Sequence record: NC_047820.1
Source: Escherichia phage vB_EcoS_ESCO41
Length of the DNA stretch: 50,800 nucleotides
Strand: one strand, 5' to 3'
In this document: positions 1 to 7,370 of the stretch, piece by piece
Numbering within the stretch: the stretch's first letter is position 1
Layout: each line of letters begins with the position of its first letter
Position numbers and translations under genes: made by a program
Notes under the pieces: model-generated
Seen by the model: only the letters and a program-made list of their open reading frames with translations
Database searches by the model: none
Told to the model about the DNA's origin: nothing

Positions 1-100
1 TTGCAGCTATTGCAATGATTCACTTCACTATTGCGCATATAGCAATATTGCATCTATTGCAATGATGTTTTCGATTGTTGCGAATTGAGCAATGATTCAT
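1..100. repeat. iteron-like cluster of ~4 degenerate ~20-bp repeats built on the palindrome ATTGCAAT / GCAATGAT
   Basis: Direct reading: ttgcagctattgcaatgatt (1-20), ttgcgcatatagcaatattg (31-50), ctattgcaatgatg (54-67), ttgcgaattgagcaatgatt (78-97); no credible ORF. Confidence 0.5.
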
Positions 101-207
101 TGATGGGGGGAATGATGGAGTGATGGACTACCATACAAGTTGATTTTGATTCTGGCTGAGCCATTTTTTAGCCGACGCGTAATTGTGTGTAACTCATGTA
201 TAGGGCC

Positions 208-344
208 TGTATACTGTGTAACGATTTGGCATAAGCATACGCGGCATACGCATTTTTACGCATTAGTTACAATAAAATATCTATATATAACAACCCTTTA
301 TCTATATTATTATTATTATATATATCTATGTATACTGTGTAACG
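208..344. repeat. AT-rich element flanked by exact 16-bp direct repeat TGTATACTGTGTAACG (208-223, 329-344), with tandem GCATACGC (235-242, 244-251) and a (TTA)n/TATA tract; paralogous to 31036-31165
   Basis: Direct reading; about 90 bp aligns at roughly 85% with 31065-31160 (judged by eye). Confidence 0.55.
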
Positions 345-545
345 GATATCTAGGGGAGGCATCTGTCAAATTTGATAATATTGCCAACTAATATATAGGG
401 GAGCCATTCCGCCAGGATAATAGGGCCATATGCAGACAATCACCATTCAGTATGCGTTACATGATATACCGCCTACTTACATCAGGCGTAGCGAGGCCTC
501 CAGGGCAGAAATGTTTCCCGGCCTGTTTTTTACATGAGATTACTG

Positions 546-574
546 TTGACTTACGCGTTAACTCCATCCATAAT
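546..574 (+). promoter_or_regulatory. sigma70-type promoter TTGACT-N17-CATAAT upstream of the first early gene
   Basis: -35 TTGACT 546-551, 17-bp spacer, -10 CATAAT 569-574, about 40 nt before ATG 613. Confidence 0.5.
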
Positions 575-612
575 GACCTCACTTAAACGCAACAATCAAA
601 TGAGGTAGCGAG

Positions 613-1149
613 ATGGATAAGGTGACATTGGGTGATGTGATTCGTGAGATGGTCCGCCAGGCGATTAAGTCCGACAAGAAGCTATGCGTCGTTCCGGTCC
701 GCAAGATATTCAACCTGGTCAACGGGTATGATTATCCGGATGAAATCATCGACGAGGTGACGGGGGGGATAACTAGTCCAGGTCGTGAAATCGCAGGCCT
801 GAAAAGTTCATACATCTATAACACCGCAGCAAGAATGCAGGAGCTTCGCGATATTGATATGCACGTCAAGCATCGCTTTATCTGGCTGGCGTCAGGCGAG
901 GAAACGGCAGCTCGCAAGGTTGATGGCGATGGCGCGGACAAGAACCTCCTGATCCAGCTTGAGCCAGGCGCTCTTAAGCCGACCAAGCGCAAGGCTGCCG
1001 ATATTGAGAAAGAGGTAGCCACCATTGAAAGGTTCAAGGCAAGACTACTCAAGATCACGCCGAACATTATAGACCTGCAAGGCGAACAAAAAGAAGGCGC
1101 GCTTATCGCCCTGGCTCGCTACCATGAAATGATTAAGGAGACTAACTGA
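613..1149 (+). CDS. hypothetical protein (178 aa)
   Basis: Long ORF downstream of promoter; no recognised motif. Confidence 0.55.
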   Translation: MDKVTLGDVIREMVRQAIKSDKKLCVVPVRKIFNLVNGYDYPDEIIDEVTGGITSPGREIAGLKSSYIYNTAARMQELRDIDMHVKHRFIWLASGEETAARKVDGDGADKNLLIQLEPGALKPTKRKAADIEKEVATIERFKARLLKITPNIIDLQGEQKEGALIALARYHEMIKETN

Positions 1150-1673
1150 TGTTTAATTTTGACGAAGACAAACTGACTGATGAGCAGATTATGAATATTG
1201 CTATCCAGGATGGGCTACCGCCACTGCGGGTTGCAATCAATGCTAACGGGTATCGGCATGTTCAGCACCTATGGGGTCAGCCTGATGCATCTGAAGTCTA
1301 CAGAGATGAAGCGCTGGGCGTTCTGATTAAGTTGATCAGGAAGATGGCAAGGAACGGCAAGGGAGTGGTGGGTGTCAAGTCTCTATACGAAGGCGCGCGC
1401 AAGGTTAAACCGTTCGTAGGATGCTTTGATATCATGTTGCGCATCAAGGGTGGGCTCCCCGCTCTAGAGGAAATGAATCTCACGTGCCTCATTGGAGATA
1501 AGATTTATGTCCACCCGGCTATCATTGATGAGTACTGGAAACCAAACTTCAAAACTTACGAAGGTGAGTATGCTAGTAGACTACCATACCACTTACGGTA
1601 CGGTGAGGATGAGGTGGAGGCGGCGATCGAGTTCTACCGGAAAGCTAAATCACTCCTGAATGGTGAATATTAA
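1149..1673 (+). CDS. hypothetical protein; internally deleted paralog of the 527-aa P-loop ATPase at 46380..47963 (N- and C-terminal segments only)
   Basis: MFNFDEDKL..LPPLRVAINANGYR and NGKGVVGVKSLYEGARKVKPF..TCLIGDKIY match both termini of the 527-aa protein; ATGA overlap with upstream gene. Confidence 0.6.
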   Translation: MFNFDEDKLTDEQIMNIAIQDGLPPLRVAINANGYRHVQHLWGQPDASEVYRDEALGVLIKLIRKMARNGKGVVGVKSLYEGARKVKPFVGCFDIMLRIKGGLPALEEMNLTCLIGDKIYVHPAIIDEYWKPNFKTYEGEYASRLPYHLRYGEDEVEAAIEFYRKAKSLLNGEY

Positions 1674-1888
1674 TGCTTATAAAATGCGTGTATGTAAGGC
1701 AAGCAAATCAACAAAACCTTTCAGTTGTAAATGGCGGGATATACGTAGCTAAGCCAATACCTTGTTTTAATGGCTCATACTACATCAAGGTTGATGGCAG
1801 TGAGTACATAGTAAAGACGATAGGTGAAGCCCTTATGATAAAGAGTCTGGGTATCATAATGGCTAAATTCGAAATTGTTCGCAAATAG
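1673..1888 (+). CDS. hypothetical protein (71 aa)
   Basis: TAATG overlap with upstream gene; stop TAG lies inside cassette palindrome. Confidence 0.45.
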   Translation: MLIKCVYVRQANQQNLSVVNGGIYVAKPIPCFNGSYYIKVDGSEYIVKTIGEALMIKSLGIIMAKFEIVRK

Positions 1889-1928
1889 CACGAATTGCTA
1901 AACCAGTACCGCAAGGACGCGGTATAGT
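1886..1928 (+). promoter_or_regulatory. palindrome-promoter cassette: TAGCACGAATTGCTA + 22 bp + TATAGT
   Basis: Palindrome 1886-1900 overlaps stop codon; -10-like 1923-1928; leader CATCGAAACGAAACGAG 1934-1950. Confidence 0.6.
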
Positions 1929-1966
1929 TACTCCATCGAAACGAAACGAGTAATTGAGGATTTGAA

Positions 1967-2185
1967 ATGAGCAAGACAATCACGCTTGAGTGCCTTAAGA
2001 CAAACAACCCTGAGTTCCTTAAAGGTCACAAATATGTAGCAACGCTCGTTGATGGTAAGACCTGGGCCGTTAAGGGTGGGTTTAGTGATTACAAGTTCCC
2101 ACTTGATCACATACCTGGTGGAAACCTTGGTTTTGTTAGTGACTGTCGCTCAGTTAAGTTCGTGTTTGAAGTGGTAATGAAATAG
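1967..2185 (+). CDS. hypothetical protein (72 aa)
   Basis: ORF after cassette and leader; stop TAG inside next palindrome. Confidence 0.5.
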   Translation: MSKTITLECLKTNNPEFLKGHKYVATLVDGKTWAVKGGFSDYKFPLDHIPGGNLGFVSDCRSVKFVFEVVMK

Positions 2186-2225
2186 CACTTTTTGCTAAAC
2201 CTTCCGCAAGGCCATTTGATATAGT
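2183..2225 (+). promoter_or_regulatory. palindrome-promoter cassette: TAGCACTTTTTGCTA + 22 bp + TATAGT
   Basis: Palindrome 2183-2197 overlaps stop; -10-like 2220-2225 preceded by TGA. Confidence 0.6.
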
Positions 2226-2267
2226 GGCCTTGTTGAAGCAAAACAACCAATCACAGAGGATTTACAA

Positions 2268-2630
2268 ATGAAAGTTCGTTTACTTAACCCGTCAATCTAT
2301 GCAGGCATTAGCTACACCAAGCTCCACGAAAAGGAGACGAACCCGCGAGATCCTGGTTCATATCCGATCGTCGTAGAGGGTTTCTTTGATGGCACTGAAT
2401 TTAATAATACTTCAATCAAGGTTGGTGGTGACGAGCTTGATCGAGTATTCAAAAGCTATTTCAGTAGCGGAAAGCCAATGAACTCATGTTACGGTAGCGA
2501 AGCAGTTCTTGGTTGGTGGAACGATCCAGGCGAGCCTAAATCATGGGAACCTGTCGGGCCGTTCGATTACTGGAATAAGCTCAAGGCATCACGCGAAATT
2601 GGCGAGACGGTAGGGAAGGGTTACTTATGA
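2268..2630 (+). CDS. hypothetical protein (120 aa)
   Basis: ORF with RBS-like AGAGGA upstream. Confidence 0.55.
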   Translation: MKVRLLNPSIYAGISYTKLHEKETNPRDPGSYPIVVEGFFDGTEFNNTSIKVGGDELDRVFKSYFSSGKPMNSCYGSEAVLGWWNDPGEPKSWEPVGPFDYWNKLKASREIGETVGKGYL

Positions 2631-2806
2631 TTACTTTATGCATTCTGCTTTACATCCTGGGCGCAATTCCGGTTTATGCAATTGCAAAAGACGTTAGCAA
2701 TAGCGATAACAAATGGTACGACATGGTGATCGTTGCCGCTATCTGGCCCATTGCCATTGCTTTCGGGGTGGTTAATGGCATCTACCAAAAGTTGAAGGAG
2801 AAATAA
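2627..2806 (+). CDS. small hydrophobic protein (59 aa, below ORF-track cutoff)
   Basis: ATGA overlap with upstream stop; translation MITLCILLYILGAIPVYAIAK.. is membrane-like. Confidence 0.4.
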   Translation: MITLCILLYILGAIPVYAIAKDVSNSDNKWYDMVIVAAIWPIAIAFGVVNGIYQKLKEK

Positions 2807-2808
2807 TC

Positions 2809-3027
2809 ATGCAAGTCTACACTAACAGTAAAGGCATTGAGTTTTGTGCGGTAGGCGATGTTGTCCTGCGCACTGGTAGCGATGTCGGGGTTGTTAAAAT
2901 CTCACGCATCACACAGGATCAGTTGGTAAAGGGCATCCAGGCTGGAATCTTTACCTATCACTCATCGTTGACGGCTGATGATTACATCACACTTGATTCT
3001 GCGGTTCGCGTTGGGTTCATCGAATAG
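2809..3027 (+). CDS. hypothetical protein (72 aa)
   Basis: RBS GAAGGAG before ATG; stop TAG inside palindrome. Confidence 0.5.
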   Translation: MQVYTNSKGIEFCAVGDVVLRTGSDVGVVKISRITQDQLVKGIQAGIFTYHSSLTADDYITLDSAVRVGFIE

Positions 3028-3067
3028 CACTTTTTGTTAAAACTTGCTCGGAGACATTAGCTATAGT
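3025..3067 (+). promoter_or_regulatory. palindrome-promoter cassette: TAGCACTTTTTGTTA + 22 bp + TATAGT
   Basis: Palindrome 3025-3039 (G-T variant half-site), -10-like 3062-3067. Confidence 0.55.
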
Positions 3068-3108
3068 GCCTCCTGTCAAGTGAACACAAACCAACTGAGG
3101 AATCACAT

Positions 3109-3915
3109 ATGAACAGCATTAACCGTTATATCCCTGTGTCAGTGCCAACCAGCGTCAACATTCACGGTGTCGGAATGCAGGCCTGCGACGATGGGGTGTG
3201 GGTATCCTACGCGATGCATAAGCAAGAAATTGAGTCCTTACAGACACGTTTAAAGGCCTTAGAATCGACTCAAAAACATCAAATTTCTGCACCGTCGATT
3301 ATCGCTGACCATGTTGAGCAGGCAATCAAAGAAGCTGTAGGTAAGCTGGTGCACGAAGCATGTGAGCAATTGCTCAAGGATTTGCCTAAGTACAATGGCG
3401 ATCCGTGTCACAGCACTGTCGATGCGTTCGTGAATGATCTTGCGGCTGGCCCAGGTAAGACCATCATGGATGACACCTACAGCGTCGCAGGTGAATTGAC
3501 GAAGAACGCCAAGTTCACTTTCGGTAGCAATTTCGGTGAAGGCAAGGCGCTTACCATGTCAACCGCGAAAATGGAACCACGAAGCGGCGGTTACGGTTAT
3601 AGCAATCGTCACGCATGGGCGGTGGGTGAATGTGAATCAGCACGCGATCGCAAGGTGGCGGTTTGCTACCATGTTGGAGGCAATGAGTTTATCAATGGTT
3701 GCGAGTACGCGTATGAAATTGATGAATGCGAACCAGGATGTGAGCCGCGACTTATTCAAATCACGCAAGATGCCTTCTGCTCTGGATTAAAAGGTGATTA
3801 CCGTTGGGAAGCCAGGAGAATTGGTAATGTTATGAATGCCAAGGCAACGCTCGTTGACGCATACGCAATCATAAATCCTGATGGTGGCGTAGTGGCTCAG
3901 TTCTATATCAAATAG
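3109..3915 (+). CDS. hypothetical protein (268 aa), Cys-rich C-terminal half
   Basis: Long ORF; no recognised catalytic motif. Confidence 0.55.
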   Translation: MNSINRYIPVSVPTSVNIHGVGMQACDDGVWVSYAMHKQEIESLQTRLKALESTQKHQISAPSIIADHVEQAIKEAVGKLVHEACEQLLKDLPKYNGDPCHSTVDAFVNDLAAGPGKTIMDDTYSVAGELTKNAKFTFGSNFGEGKALTMSTAKMEPRSGGYGYSNRHAWAVGECESARDRKVAVCYHVGGNEFINGCEYAYEIDECEPGCEPRLIQITQDAFCSGLKGDYRWEARRIGNVMNAKATLVDAYAIINPDGGVVAQFYIK

Positions 3916-3955
3916 CACTTTTTGTTAAAAGGGGATTCATCCTGAGTGGTATAAT
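3913..3955 (+). promoter_or_regulatory. palindrome-promoter cassette: TAGCACTTTTTGTTA + 22 bp + TGGTATAAT
   Basis: Palindrome 3913-3927 overlaps stop; -10 TATAAT 3950-3955 with TG at -15/-14, inside hairpin GGGGATT..AATCCCC. Confidence 0.6.
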
Positions 3956-3988
3956 CCCCACATCAATCACACGAAAGGAAGTTAACAA

Positions 3989-4606
3989 ATGAATCAGATG
4001 TACACCATGATCAAGCATCACCTGAACACCGACGCAATCAATAAGACAGTATACTTGTTTGATTACGACGGCACTCTGTCGGACGGAACCCATCGCCTTC
4101 ATAAGCTGCCAACAAAGGATTTGCACCTTACTGAGTCATGGTCTGAGTTCAATCGACTATCAGAATATGATCAGCCTATCGAGTCAACCATTCAGGTAAT
4201 GAACAGCCTTTACAACTCCGGCGCGTTCATCATCATTCTAACAGGACGTTCAGACGAGGTGTGTGAGATTTCTACTCAGTGGCTTCATGATGCTGGAGCA
4301 AAATATAACGTTATGGTCATGCGCCAGGCTGATGACAACCGCAAGGACACCATCATCAAGGAGGAGTTTTTACGGTACATTGGCTTGCATCGCATCACGG
4401 CGGCATTTGATGACAGCCCTAGCGTAGTTGCTCACTTCCGAAGCCTCGGCATCACTACCTATCAGGTGTGTGACTATGGCGATAACGCGCACTCCGGCCT
4501 TAAGTCTCACGGCGTAGAAAAGGTTTGCGAGCACGAATTTAGCGATCCTCTACCTCCGCATGGTGTTCGCCAGTGCAAGAAATGCAATCTCGTAAGCGGT
4601 AAATAA
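3989..4606 (+). CDS. HAD-superfamily phosphatase-like protein
   Basis: FDYDGTLSDG matches the HAD DxDGT catalytic motif. Confidence 0.5.
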   Translation: MNQMYTMIKHHLNTDAINKTVYLFDYDGTLSDGTHRLHKLPTKDLHLTESWSEFNRLSEYDQPIESTIQVMNSLYNSGAFIIILTGRSDEVCEISTQWLHDAGAKYNVMVMRQADDNRKDTIIKEEFLRYIGLHRITAAFDDSPSVVAHFRSLGITTYQVCDYGDNAHSGLKSHGVEKVCEHEFSDPLPPHGVRQCKKCNLVSGK

Positions 4607-4655
4607 AACTAAACTTAACGGTCGAACATCTCGACCACTACTCAGGAATGTCAAA

Positions 4656-5273
4656 ATGTCAAAGATTATCATTCTCAACGGTCCGGCTGGTGTAGGTAAA
4701 GACACGATCGGCAACGCGCTCGCAGCGGATTACAATTGCATCCCGACCAGCTTCAAGCGTCCGATGTTTGAGATTGCCGCGTCAATCCTTGGTGTCAGGG
4801 CTTTTTCAATGTTCATCACCGCATACGACGACCGCGACCAGAAAGAGCATCCTCAGAGCTTTCTCGGTGGAAAGACCTGCCGCGAGTTCATGATCTGGAT
4901 TAGCGAAACAGTGGTCAAGCCGCTTTTTGGCAATCAGCAGTTCGGCAAATTGATGAGCGAACATATCCGTCTGTGTGATGAAGGATTCTGTTTTGTTTGC
5001 ACTGATGGCGGCTTCCCCGATGAAGTGATTCGACTCGTTGAAGATGGTCACGATGTTACCCTGGTCCGCTTGTTCATGGATGGCAAGACTTTCGCGGGAG
5101 ATAGCCGTGATTATATCCGCATCAAGGAATCGCATTTCCCTGATTACAAGAAATATAACGAACATGATGTGCATCTGGTGAATGGTGATATTGACGGCGG
5201 CGTCATAGCAGTTGTTCGCGCCTGCGGTATCCGTCCTGCAATCGACGAGTGGGCCGACGATATTCCTTGGTAA
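4656..5273 (+). CDS. P-loop nucleotide kinase, T4 gp1 (dNMP kinase)-like
   Basis: Walker A IIILNGPAGVGKDT resembles the T4 dNMP kinase N-terminus (recalled from memory). Confidence 0.55.
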   Translation: MSKIIILNGPAGVGKDTIGNALAADYNCIPTSFKRPMFEIAASILGVRAFSMFITAYDDRDQKEHPQSFLGGKTCREFMIWISETVVKPLFGNQQFGKLMSEHIRLCDEGFCFVCTDGGFPDEVIRLVEDGHDVTLVRLFMDGKTFAGDSRDYIRIKESHFPDYKKYNEHDVHLVNGDIDGGVIAVVRACGIRPAIDEWADDIPW

Positions 5274-5274
5274 A

Positions 5275-5317
5275 TAGCACGAATTGCTAAACCCGCTCCG
5301 GCGGGTTTTGTTATAGT
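5275..5317 (+). promoter_or_regulatory. palindrome-promoter cassette: TAGCACGAATTGCTA + 22 bp + TATAGT
   Basis: Palindrome 5275-5289 just after stop TAA; -10-like 5312-5317 preceded by TGT. Confidence 0.6.
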
Positions 5318-5346
5318 TAGTTCACACCAAACGACAGGAAAGCAAA

Positions 5347-5505
5347 ATGATTACTATCAACCTGTCAGACAAGCAAGCCGTCATTCTTAAGCAACTCCTG
5401 GCAACTCAGACTATGCAGTGCACAGACGATGAGTTCTCGGAGATGGTTAAAGAGGTTCGCACTCAGATCAACAATCAACAATTCGACGAAAACGAAGGGG
5501 AATAA
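5347..5505 (+). CDS. small hypothetical protein (52 aa, below ORF-track cutoff)
   Basis: ATG 5347 preceded by leader CACACCAAACGACAGGAAAG; ends TAA 5503-5505. Confidence 0.35.
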   Translation: MITINLSDKQAVILKQLLATQTMQCTDDEFSEMVKEVRTQINNQQFDENEGE

Positions 5506-5507
5506 CC

Positions 5508-5906
5508 ATGAAATTACGTTGCATCAAGATTAACGCTAATTGGGAGTCGATGATCAAAGATTACTTTCAGGTCGGTAAAGTGTATGAGGCAAAGTACGGT
5601 CGCAACATCTACATTGGCACGGTAGATGTTATTGATGATCGCGAAGGGCTTACCTGGTGCGCTATACAGAAAGGGAGCAAGTTCAACCTGAATCTTCCCA
5701 CTGGCCCAGCCGTCACTTTCGAACTTGTAACAGGTCCGCGCCGCCTGGTGGTAACTGAGAAGCGCGTAACTAACGTGTTAAACGACAAGCGTAAATTCCG
5801 CCGCATGTGCAGACAGTACGGTAAGCTTCGATTTACTGAGCCTGGGATGTTCTGCTTTATCGCCTTCGCGGCAATGAAAAAGAATGCACGCAATCACCAG
5901 CGATAG
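5508..5906 (+). CDS. hypothetical protein (132 aa), basic C-terminus
   Basis: ORF with RBS; stop TAG inside palindrome. Confidence 0.5.
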   Translation: MKLRCIKINANWESMIKDYFQVGKVYEAKYGRNIYIGTVDVIDDREGLTWCAIQKGSKFNLNLPTGPAVTFELVTGPRRLVVTEKRVTNVLNDKRKFRRMCRQYGKLRFTEPGMFCFIAFAAMKKNARNHQR

Positions 5907-5946
5907 CACTTTTTGTTAAAACTCATAATCGGGGTGACTGTATAGT
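5904..5946 (+). promoter_or_regulatory. palindrome-promoter cassette: TAGCACTTTTTGTTA + 22 bp + TATAGT
   Basis: Palindrome 5904-5918; -10-like 5941-5946; leader CATCGAAACGAACGAGG 5952-5968. Confidence 0.6.
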
Positions 5947-5976
5947 TACCCCATCGAAACGAACGAGGAAGCAGAA

Positions 5977-6189
5977 ATGAAAATTGAAATTATCGACGTG
6001 AATTATGCTACTGATGACGACTCCCTCACCTTAGAGGAGTGCGGGTTTAAATTTGGGGATGTTGTCGAGGTGTTCGGTCATTACATTGATGGCGACCTTT
6101 CAATCAGGGCCATCCGTGAAACAGAGTTTGTCACCGTTGGCGATGGGATCAGCATTAGCGAACATGAATATAAGGTAATCGAAGAATGA
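5977..6189 (+). CDS. hypothetical acidic protein (70 aa)
   Basis: ORF after cassette/leader/RBS. Confidence 0.5.
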   Translation: MKIEIIDVNYATDDDSLTLEECGFKFGDVVEVFGHYIDGDLSIRAIRETEFVTVGDGISISEHEYKVIEE

Positions 6190-6512
6190 TTTACATTCAC
6201 ACTTATGGCATTGGCAAATTTGGCAAAGAGATTCGCCGGACCGTTCACGAAACGAAGGAATTAGCAGAAGCGGCACAGAAAGTTCTCGGCGGTGAGTTCA
6301 AGGCTTACCGCGAAGCGGATGACTCGGTTGAATGCTGGCAGGTTGAGCGCATGCGTAACGTTCTGGAAAGTGAGGTGTCAGATCTTATCGATAACATGAC
6401 GAGTCACGGCCCTGGCGGACCATGGGAAGAGCCTGGCTCACCGGAATGGGATTGTGCCAAGGTTGACACAATGAACAAGATCAGCGAAATCATTGATGGG
6501 GTGTACGAATAA
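6186..6512 (+). CDS. hypothetical protein (108 aa)
   Basis: ATGA overlap with upstream gene. Confidence 0.5.
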   Translation: MIYIHTYGIGKFGKEIRRTVHETKELAEAAQKVLGGEFKAYREADDSVECWQVERMRNVLESEVSDLIDNMTSHGPGGPWEEPGSPEWDCAKVDTMNKISEIIDGVYE

Positions 6513-6685
6513 TGCTGACAATAATGATGGCTAATCTTGACCTATCATCTGATTTTAGCATTATCGCCTTCATCTTACCGATACTGCTACTACTGCCTTT
6601 CGCCTGTTACGTGGTAATAAAGGACCTGGCAGAATGGAAACGAATTGACAAAAAAATTAAACAAGCAACCTACAGGAATAAATAA
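6512..6685 (+). CDS. small membrane protein (57 aa, below ORF-track cutoff)
   Basis: TAATG overlap; hydrophobic core FSIIAFILPILLLLPFACYVV. Confidence 0.35.
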   Translation: MLTIMMANLDLSSDFSIIAFILPILLLLPFACYVVIKDLAEWKRIDKKIKQATYRNK

Positions 6686-6925
6686 ATGTTTGGATTAACC
6701 GATCCGCAGATGAACGCAGTAAAGGCCAAGGCCAAGCAATTAAACGCAGCGTATGCCACCCTAAGCAAGAAAGATCGCAAAGATGATAAGCTGGTTGCCT
6801 CAATTATTACCAAGCACCATGATGCCGTAGCGACCATTATATCGCGATCGCGTTTTATATGGATTGCAGGGTACATAGAGGGGAGGTGCGGAAAGCGTGA
6901 AAATGGGGAAAGTATCTATGAGTAA
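6686..6925 (+). CDS. hypothetical protein (79 aa)
   Basis: ORF immediately after previous stop. Confidence 0.45.
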   Translation: MFGLTDPQMNAVKAKAKQLNAAYATLSKKDRKDDKLVASIITKHHDAVATIISRSRFIWIAGYIEGRCGKRENGESIYE

Positions 6926-7112
6926 GATCAAGAAGGGTGACGTGATCAAGTGTATCGGCGCGCGCGGTTATGAGTTCTTTAATGGCTGCGAGTACACAGT
7001 GGAAAAAGTTGATTCCCAGGGATACGTTTATGTCTACAGCGACGAGGGGAACAAGGTCGCGATCGACTACCCTGTTTGCCAGACGTATGGAACTTTTAAA
7101 AAAGTTGATTGA
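6897..7112 (+). CDS. hypothetical protein; likelier start ATG 6918
   Basis: ORF-track frame; the ATG at 6918 has a GGGGAAAG RBS-like sequence. Confidence 0.4.
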   Translation: MKMGKVSMSKIKKGDVIKCIGARGYEFFNGCEYTVEKVDSQGYVYVYSDEGNKVAIDYPVCQTYGTFKKVD

Positions 7113-7137
7113 CAACCATCTCACTGACTGGTATCTT
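7109..7137 (+). promoter_or_regulatory. candidate sigma70 promoter TTGACA-N17-TATCTT upstream of tRNA genes
   Basis: -35 7109-7114, -10 7132-7137; weak -10. Confidence 0.3.
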
Positions 7138-7288
7138 TAATCTCGTAAACAGAAGAGGCCACCAAGTGGCAACGAGCGGTTCGTAATCCGCAAATTGAAA
7201 TAGCGCATCGCCAAAAGCAAAGTGTAAGTCGCAATACAATCGAGGCATTGTGAAAGCCTGCCGGATTCCGTAACCGGCCTTCATTTAA

Positions 7289-7366
7289 GCTCCGCTAGCT
7301 CAATTGGAAAGAAGCAACGACCTTCTAAGTCGTAGGTTACTGGTTCGAACCCAGTGCGGAGCGCCA
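7289..7366 (+). tRNA. tRNA-Arg (anticodon UCU)
   Basis: Acceptor GCTCCGC/GCGGAGC, anticodon stem ACGAC/GTCGT with loop CTTCTAA, T-arm ACTGG-TTCGAAC-CCAGT, encoded CCA; D-arm irregular. Confidence 0.75.
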
Positions 7367-7370
7367 ATTA

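Noticed and set aside
140-391. ORF-track CDS (83 aa) across the left-end AT-rich region
   Set aside because: Translation is low-complexity Tyr/Ile/Leu from an (ATT)n/TATA tract, with no RBS; it lies in a repeat/regulatory region. The same applies to 31022..31393.
1894-1899. TTGCTA of the palindrome right half-site acting as a sigma70 -35 hexamer
   Set aside because: Its distance to the -10-like hexamer is a constant 21-23 bp, beyond the 16-18 bp sigma70 optimum; the element is a symmetric inverted repeat instead.
3989-5273. Bifunctional polynucleotide kinase/phosphatase RNA-repair system linked to the tRNA genes
   Set aside because: The kinase N-terminus resembles T4 dNMP kinase more than polynucleotide kinase, the two domains are separate genes in reverse order, and no RNA ligase gene is present.
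7140-7288. Possible third tRNA or small RNA between the promoter and tRNA-Arg
   Set aside because: Hairpins exist (GCCAC-caa-GTGGC, GCGG-ttcgtaat-CCGC) but no 7-bp acceptor stem or canonical T-arm and anticodon arm could be assembled.
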